Part shown: positions 56,112 through 64,000 of the stretch, piece by piece
Numbering within the stretch: the first letter of the stretch is position 1
Layout: each line of letters begins with the position of its first letter
DNA from: Amoebidium appalachense
Taxonomy: Eukaryota > Protista > Ichthyosporea
Length of the DNA: 64,000 bases
Assembly (NCBI GenBank): GCA_963693365.1
Contig: CAVNZM010000003.1
Span: 14,863,143 to 14,927,142 of the forward strand
Direction: 5' to 3'
The notes under the pieces: model-generated
What the model was told of the DNA's origin: nothing
The model's database searches: none
What the model saw: only the letters and a program-made list of their open reading frames with translations
Translations under genes and position numbers: made by a program

Positions 56112-57412
56112 CGTGGGGGGGGAGGGGGAGGGGGGGGAGGGGGGGAAGAAGAGCGGGGAGGTTTGGCGAAAGGGGGGGGGGGGGGGGGAGGGGGAGGGGT
56201 TTTTTTTTAAGGTGTCTGCAAGTACGGTGTGTGCATGTGGAGGAGCTGGAAGGAGGAGGGGGAGGGGGGGGGGGGGGGGGGGGGATGCCCGTTGTTCCGA
56301 TTTGTGCGGGGTCCCTGGCCAAAACAAATGCCTCGAAAATTTGTCTAGTCATAGAAAACAGTAGCCAATGTTAAAAAAGACGTGGGAGATCCAATGATAT
56401 GCCTCAGTTTCTGGCTCATCTTTAAGAATCCCCCGAAAAACGAATACTATGTAAAAGGAGAGAGGGTAGTTAAGAAATGGCTTGCCGACATAGTAGTCAC
56501 GTGCAAGCCCGCCGGACTTCTGATGAAAAATGCACTATGCATGCGATAGAAAGACAGAAAGAACGTAGATAAGGTTGTTGATTGAGCAAGGAACCCGGGG
56601 GAGGGGGAAGGGGGGGGGGGGGGGGGGGGATGGGGGCTCCGGAAGCCCGGGGGGGGGGGGGGGGGGGGGGGTTATAAAGGCAATGATGCCTGACGAGATC
56701 TCTGATGTTGGACATGAATGTTCAAAGAAAACCACTAAGCACAGATTAAAAGCCAAGATCGCTATGTCAAAACTGTCAAAACGGCGGGGGAATAAACACC
56801 TTCTTATTTCTGTTACAGGTAAAAAGGGGGAGGAAAAGAGAGAGATGGAGATCAGTAGACACACATACCACCAACACCGGTGCTCTGATCGTGGCCCACT
56901 GGCACAGCCATCCCATGGGGAGCACATGCCGCATCCACATCACCCAACTTGCAACCACCACCCACGTGCACAATAGGCCCACCATCATACTCAGCACTCT
57001 CGAGAATAATATCCACTCCTGTAATGCGATGGAGCGAAATGGTGATGGAATCGTTGACCATGTGCACGTGACTATGCCTGCCCCCAGCCACGCACACATC
57101 TGCGCCCAGAAAGTTTTCCGCAAGGAACTTCAAAGTAGTAGCGACCTGTGTAGCGTCTTCTGGAACTATAATAACGCTGGGAGAGCCTGTAATGTCGTAG
57201 TTCCAGGTTCCTGCCAAGCGTGCCCTTTCGTATTCTTCATCTCCTGGGAAGAGAACGGTGTGGGAGGGAATGGCTGATTTCAACGCCGAAACGACATCTG
57301 CGCATGTGGATGTGGGCGATTTCAGATCGGAAAGAGGTTTAGGTGTGTGCTTGGGAGTCTTGTTGATTTCTTTGGTGGCCGTGCCAGTTATATAGGACGC
57401 TGCGTTCCCCAT
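52535..57412 (-). CDS. FAD-dependent oxidoreductase, berberine-bridge-enzyme / 6-hydroxy-D-nicotine oxidase-like (524 aa, 5 exons)
   Basis: Exons 57412-56869, 56016-55887, 54817-54432, 53681-53432 and 52799-52535 total 1575 nt, with GT-AG junctions and matching phases. Motifs GGRHS (FAD-linking His), GVGGLTLQGGHG, DLLWGLSGGGGNFGIVTKF and the BBE tail YFGSHGQRLAEIKAKYDPLNVL. N-terminus MGNAAS. Confidence 0.92.
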
Positions 57413-59334
57413 GTTTGTTTGAAGGTGTTTGTGAAAATTCGTTTGTTATGTTGTGGGTAACAACTTGTGGTTGGGAATGTTTATACCTGCAGTGGTCTAT
57501 AAATTGGCCAATCATACAAGTCGGCAATGCCATTGCATGATTTTGATTTTCGATGATTAGATCGGCATACCACGTATTGACCGCAATACATATAGCCTAC
57601 ACAGGCCGCAGCGTGACCGTCGAAAGCTGCAATGATCTTCACTTGTTCCGTGTTTGTTAGAAGAGGCACAAAATGCTACAAACAAAACGCTTGTAATACA
57701 TATTTGGTCACCAAAGGATACAGCTACTAGTACTACCTGTGCGCACGCCCTGCACGTGCACATACATGGCCCGGTGCGTCCGCGCATGCGTGCGCATCAC
57801 TGATCCGATGATTGGGTACGCGTGCGCCGGCACGTGCACTGCCGCCCCGCAAATTGGACTTGAACCCGGGAGTGGAAGTAGTACATACGAAGCAAAAATA
57901 TATTATATACAGTTGCATTTGGTTCAAATATTAGTATGCTATGATATTCATTTTTTGTATGGATATATGTAGAAGAGGTATGTACTTTCAACTCACAAGC
58001 CTTCGCGTGAGCGGCCTCAGCGGCAGTCGCGGATCTATCGGCTAAAAATAGAACAGACCGCTGACTAATCGGAGCTCATATATAAATTTAGCTTTGTTTG
58101 GCAACATTAACATGTGACGTAAGCAACTAGCGTCTCTGAGCGCAGACTCTCCTAGTCTCGAGCTCTGAGCGATAGGTTCAGCTGCCGCTTCTGGCCGGCG
58201 CATGCGCGCCTCCGGACAACTTGGTCAATGGTAACGCGCACAGAATATACATGGGAACAAGTGTACCGTAGGCTAGACGGCACGTGTTCGAATTCAGGCC
58301 AAGGCCTCCTATATACTAACATAGGACTCCGAGGCCTTGGTTCAGGCACACACACCTCTAGGCCTTTGAGCTGAGGGGGGGGCGGGGCAGCAACTCTCAC
58401 TGGGGGTGGGGGGACAGTCGTCAGGGCCCGGCCCCCGACTCGCCGCATCCGGAGGGGGCCGGGGAGGGGGCTGCACCGAGAGTAAGAGTATCTGATGTAA
58501 GACTATCGGTACGCTCTATATATATTGGAGGGTTTTCATTAATTAATATTGGGGAGCCACTTTTATGAAATCCATCATGTTCGATTTAGTTTGCATATGT
58601 CTTGAAGGTGGAGGCCCGGGAACATGGTGGGAGGGTGGGGAGACGGGGAGGGGAGGGGGGGCCGGGGGGGGGAGGAATTAAAGAGAGGGGGGGGCAGGGG
58701 GAGGGGGGGGGGGGGGGGGGGGGGGGGGATAAGGGGGAATTATAAGCGATTGCCTTCGGTACCCCTTTGAGTTGTTCAGCCGGCCCTCTCACAAAGCTGG
58801 TCGCTCGAGTCCGTCCTCCCCGCCTCCCACCCCCTCCCCCCACCCTGGGCCCTCCCGAGCTCCCCCCCCCCTGCTCTTCACCCCCTCCCCCCCCCCCCTC
58901 CCCCCCCCCCCCGGGGCCACCACCACCACCACCACCAACAGCACCACCAACTGTTTAATACACCACCACCACCACCACCACCACGGTGATCACCACAAAC
59001 CATACACCACCACCATAATCCACCAGTGCACCATCAAACCATGCATACGCCGGCGGAGCTTTGAAATTCCGGCTAGTCTCGTGGCGATGGATAGCCATGG
59101 ATAATCAACACAGGTCAGCTGCAGGTGTATGTATGATATGGGGTTTACGCTGTTTACTCGAGGCAAAGAGAACCAGTCTCAGGTAGGGGGGGGGGGGGTT
59201 TGCTCGGAATATCCCCTCAGCGGTATATCATGATCACGTACATAGATGTCGGGTGGTGACTATATATCAGGGTTTACTTTCTCTACGAGACACCATAAAG
59301 ACTACAAGGAGAAATCAATTAGTTGGGGTTCCCC

Positions 59335-59335
<1 letters not shown>

Positions 59336-59384
<49 letters not shown>

Positions 59385-61343
59385 GGGCTCCCCTCGGGAC
59401 ACTCGGTATCAGCTGGTTGTGTGTGTGTGTGTGTGTGTGTGTTTGTGTGTGTGTGTGCGCGTGCGCTATAATTTTGTAGTGATGTGTTTCTCAAGCCAAT
59501 CAATACATCTAATAAACAGGTCGTAGTTACGCGTGTTTAGTATAAAATCAAGGATGTTGTAATTTACAGGTAGGCTATCTTTCTGGGTGTCTGTTGTGAA
59601 TGTGACGTGTGTGTGTTGCGGTATTATGTGGTCTATCAAACTACATTTGGCGATACATGACCGGTTAAACTGGTGTGTGTGTGTGTTGTTTGGGCATGCA
59701 AATGATGCCACCTTATACTTATTAGATCTCCACTGTATAGCACGTGTACAGTAAAAGCGTGGTAATTGATCAATAATACCATCAGCTAGAGAAAGACCAG
59801 TTCTACAGGAAGGTAATATGTATTTAGGTGTTATACACTTGCGAGTGCCATATTTGGCAATATGGTTGAGGCGGTCAGTATATATAAAACGAGACATAAG
59901 GCTTAGTTTTTCAAGGTGTATGCTTTCATCGGGTCTAGTGTCGTGTGGTATCTTTTTCCATTTGTTATATTGCGTGATTATCTTGTGATTGTGTACATGT
60001 TTAATAAGTAAGTGGCAGTCCAAAGTCACACACACACTATTGCGGGGTTTATTTGTATTTGTGCCCAGGGGAGAAGGGGAGAGAGAGGGGAGGAAAGAGG
60101 GGAGAGGTGAGGAGGGGACAGGTCGGATAGAGAAGAGAGGGTGGGAGGGCAAATACTTCTTTAAGCGGCTTATGTGCTTATTGAATTTCAGCGCGAGATA
60201 GGATACTCTAGCAGCTATTGGGACCAGACCATATATCGAGAGCGTTACAGGCCCAGGTTTACAACAGTTGTTAGATAGAAAGGAGGCAACTTCTGCTTCA
60301 AGGAAATTTGCCAAGGGTTTAAGCGCTCTAGTTCTCTCTTTCTTGATCCAAGCGGCGAGAAGGGGTAAACCATATTCACATGCCGGGAAGACAAAAGTGC
60401 GAATAAATGTAAGTCTAATAGAAGGATGGAGGGGTGTGTCTTTAAAAATATTAGCCGAGAAGAAAGCTAACCGCTTACGAGCCAACTCTACCCTCTTTTC
60501 GACCATATGGGGAAACATAACACCAACAGAATCAACCGGAACACCAAGATATTTGTATTCTGGAACTATAGGTACAGGTTTAGATGATAATGTAAATGTG
60601 TGTAAATTGTTAGCTATATCAGGTACAAGAACACCACATTTGTCTATGTTAAGGATCATAAGGTTTGCCTTGCACCACTCTGACACTACATCGAACAATC
60701 TTTGCAGGCGTCTAGGGGTACGGGCAAGGAGGGACAGATCATCAGCATAGAGAAGTGCAGGCGGAAAGTTATTAATAGGGTCATCGTTTTCGGCGTAAAT
60801 CTTGACAGCCAAATCATCTATAAATAGGTTAAACAAAAAGGGGCTAAGCAATGAACCCTGCAAGAGACCTCTAGTACGAGCAAAACCATATGAAAGATGC
60901 CCATTAACCACAGCTCTACCATAGGTTTGAGACAAGAGTGCTTCTAACAGAACACCAATGCAGTGTGGTACACCCCGTGCAGCAAGCTTTTCCCATAGGA
61001 GACCAGGGGAGACAGAATCGTAAGCAGTTTTCCAATCAATAAAGCGAACATATTGTGCACCAACTTGCATAGAATCGTGCAGTGCCATTATTTGAACATA
61101 ACATGAATTGTTTTTACGAAAAGCGGATTGGCATGGGTGTATGTGAAGAATAGATTGAAACCTAGGGTGATGTGCAAATAACCTAAGTAAGCAAGCTTCA
61201 AAGAATCTACGAACAACCTGGGTTAGTGTAATGGGGCGAAAGGATGATATGGGGCCCTCAGAGTCCTTCTTAACTATGGGGATCACTAAGGTATCTAACC
61301 AAGATGACGGGACATGTCCACATTTAACACACTCTGAAATACC
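59336..61343 (-). mobile_element. 5'-truncated non-LTR retrotransposon with a 45-nt poly(A) tail and a 7-bp TSD (TTCCCCG)
   Basis: Poly-T at 59336-59380 on the plus strand. TTCCCCG at 59329-59335 and at 61344-61350. The ORF begins mid-RT. Confidence 0.9.
59466..61340 (-). CDS. Reverse transcriptase plus C-terminal domain (5'-truncated ORF2, >600 aa open)
   Basis: FRPITL, IDWKTAYD, QGSLLSPFLFNLFIDDL, YADD, YKYLG and EYGLPLL. Colinear with the ORF2 at 38462. Confidence 0.92.
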   Translation of the reverse strand: MSECVKCGHVPSSWLDTLVIPIVKKDSEGPISSFRPITLTQVVRRFFEACLLRLFAHHPRFQSILHIHPCQSAFRKNNSCYVQIMALHDSMQVGAQYVRFIDWKTAYDSVSPGLLWEKLAARGVPHCIGVLLEALLSQTYGRAVVNGHLSYGFARTRGLLQGSLLSPFLFNLFIDDLAVKIYAENDDPINNFPPALLYADDLSLLARTPRRLQRLFDVVSEWCKANLMILNIDKCGVLVPDIANNLHTFTLSSKPVPIVPEYKYLGVPVDSVGVMFPHMVEKRVELARKRLAFFSANIFKDTPLHPSIRLTFIRTFVFPACEYGLPLLAAWIKKERTRALKPLANFLEAEVASFLSNNCCKPGPVTLSIYGLVPIAARVSYLALKFNKHISRLKKYLPSHPLFSIRPVPSSPLPSFLPSLSPSPLGTNTNKPRNSVCVTLDCHLLIKHVHNHKIITQYNKWKKIPHDTRPDESIHLEKLSLMSRFIYTDRLNHIAKYGTRKCITPKYILPSCRTGLSLADGIIDQLPRFYCTRAIQWRSNKYKVASFACPNNTHTHQFNRSCIAKCSLIDHIIPQHTHVTFTTDTQKDSLPVNYNILDFILNTRNYDLFIRCIDWLEKHITTKL

Positions 61344-62135
61344 TTCCCCGCCCCCTGGACCAAGTTCTCCCCCCAGGGCCCGGAGGGCCTCCCCGCTTCC
61401 CCCCTCCCTGGCCGGTGTCTATTATTCAGTTAAACGGAGCTGTGACCTGGCCTGGCGGTCTCCCCACGGGCCCCTGGGGTCTCTCAGCAGTGATTTGCCA
61501 TTCATTTGACCTCGCGGCCTCAGTACCACTATTTCATGTAATAATTCTTTCGAATTCGACACCGCAAACATGCCTATTTACCAGGTCCTGCCTCCCTCCC
61601 CCCCCCCCCCCCCCCCCACACACACACCCTTTCTCGCTTCTCTCTCTCTCTCTCTCTCTCTCTCTCCCCCCCCCCCCCCCCCCCCCCAGGGCCTCCCCCC
61701 TCTCTTTAGTAAAGTAATCTCGCCGTCGCAACGTGCAGCCTAAATTTCCTGCACGATCTCCATCAACCCCAATCACCGTAATCATATAATTGCACAAGCA
61801 AGAAAGATTAACACTGAAGCAAACCTACTGGCACCGGTACCATCACTAGATACTAACACCACCGGGATATTCACTTCAGCAAGAACACAGGCAGACACAG
61901 ACCTCTCACAAACACACATGCGCACGCGTGCGCGCGCGTGCGCGCGCACACACTCAAACACGTGGGCGCGCACACACACACACACGCACACATGTGTGCA
62001 AGGACGCACTTCGCAACCTCACAGGTGCTCCAACTGACTCAAACACAGACGCACACACACACACACCACACCATCACACACGTAGTACATACATAGACAC
62101 ACAAAAACATGTCACACACACACACACACACACAT

Positions 62136-62170
<35 letters not shown>

Positions 62171-62972
62171 AGGTACACACACACCTGCTCAAATGCAGAT
62201 GTAGATACACTTCATAGCCACACCGGCGTGACTCGAATGTCAAACAAACAGAATCAAAAATGCATATGAAGTTGCCAGTAGTGAAAAACAGACTTGGCAC
62301 ACATGCCCTCGCAAATGTGTGCATGCAGCTGCCTGCACGGAAACACAGTCACACACATGCCAAATACACTGCACGTGCACACACACAGCCAATCACACAT
62401 ACCTAAGGGCACCCAGTCTCTCACTGAGTATTCTCAAGCAGGCAGACACCACGCCTTCCAAACAAACAAACAAACAAACAAACAAACAAACAATCAAACA
62501 AACAAACAAACACACATTCAAGGCTTTGCGCCGTTTTCTCCCTCATCCTCAGTGCCCCCCCAATCCCCGCTCCCCTCCCCTCCCCCCCTCCCCCCCTCCC
62601 CCCTCCTCTATCTGCACTCCTCCCCCTCCCCCTCCCCCCCTCCCCCCCTCCCACTCTTTGCGCATGCACGGTGCAGAAGTTCAATAATTATGCAAAGGAA
62701 ACATGTACAACACACTGCAAATCTAAATCACTGTGACACACAACATATCGCAAGGACACGTGCACACAGGTGCCACTGCACAGGCCGATACCAGGTGCAC
62801 TCACTGCAATGCATCACGATACGCACAACTGGAATGAAAACAGCGTAGCATGCCGGGACATATGTGCACTCTCACACAACGTCAGAACACACACCACTCT
62901 TCCACACGCGCACACACACACACAAACACACACACACAAACACACACTCTTGCACGCGCCCACACGCGCGCG

Positions 62973-63035
<63 letters not shown>

Positions 63036-63049
63036 ACCCACCCACCCAC

Positions 63050-63162
<113 letters not shown>

Positions 63163-63957
63163 TGGCACACACAGCACACACTTTCACACGAACACAGGTG
63201 ATCACAATAAAGTTGCGCTCATAAATGGGGATTTTAATTCTGAAAAAAAACACCGATCAGAACGGATATGAGAAGTTGGTGGTTTAGGGCAAGCGAGGGA
63301 AAAATTCTGGAAAATTGTTTGTGTGTGTGTGTGTGTCTTTATATTTTGGGGGGAGGGGGTGGGGGGGGGGGGATCCGCTCACCCTTCTAGTCTTTTTTTG
63401 GGGGGGGAGGGGGGGGAGGGGGGGGGAAGGAGGGGACCGGGGGGGGGAAGAGGGGGGAAGAGGAGGCAAGGGGAGAGGGGGAGAAGAGGGGGGGGGGGGG
63501 GGGGGGCATGGCCAACCTCCCCCGCCTATTCAAATAAAAGAATGCCTTACGGTGACACCTCATCAACTCCATGATATTGACGTTATGTAACCGTGTTAGA
63601 AGTACACAGGAAGATCGGATTCCTGGTGGTCAAAAAAGCCATCAAGGCCACGTCGATCGGGTTGTCCGTATGGGGAAACTGTTAAAAGCCTTTTTTGCAA
63701 TTTGCAAAGGGAGCCCCTACACAAACGAGTACCTTCATTAAACTACTTTGGAGCGGCTGCGGCTTGGAGGTTTATCCGGTTGTCCATGTTCACATGCACT
63801 TTGCCAAGAGTGTCTTACGAATTCGACCTCCGTACGTTAAACTTTTCTAATTGCACTGCGTGACAGATTTGTGGGCACACATACATTGAACTTTAAGGAC
63901 GGCAAAAGCATACGAAGTCTGTGTGCAAGGGGCAAGTGGATCAAGAGTGATGTTTCG

Positions 63958-63994
<37 letters not shown>

Positions 63995-64000
63995 TGTGTG

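Overview
Eukaryotic genomic DNA with spliceosomal GT-AG introns full of (CA)n/(GT)n, (GA)n and poly-C/G tracts, so most ORFs in the supplied track are microsatellite artefacts. The real content falls into five groups. (1) A GC-rich, intronless, frameshifted gene island at ~7.0-21.9 kb that looks like a decayed endogenous giant-virus (Nucleocytoviricota) fragment. It carries a truncated RPB5-like RNA polymerase subunit, a two-repeat DUF5832-like gene, a small membrane protein, and a large coiled-coil/LamG-like/DM9-like/extensin-like gene. (2) An 8.44-kb non-autonomous DNA transposon (9579-18018; perfect 34-bp TIRs starting CATCAG, 2-bp GA TSD, GATATC-rich subtermini, internal ~185-bp tandem array) that splits that large gene; excising it in silico restores the reading frame. 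(3) Three paralogous 3-exon BTB-BACK-MATH-like genes, one intact and two frameshifted, with a conserved BTB part and a divergent C-terminal domain. (4) Two related APE/RT non-LTR retrotransposons, one near full length with a 5' tandem-repeat head and one 5'-truncated with poly(A) and a 7-bp TSD. (5) An intact 5-exon BBE-like FAD-dependent oxidoreductase. Family assignments come from motif recognition by eye and need HMM confirmation. No tRNA, rRNA or CRISPR array was recognised.
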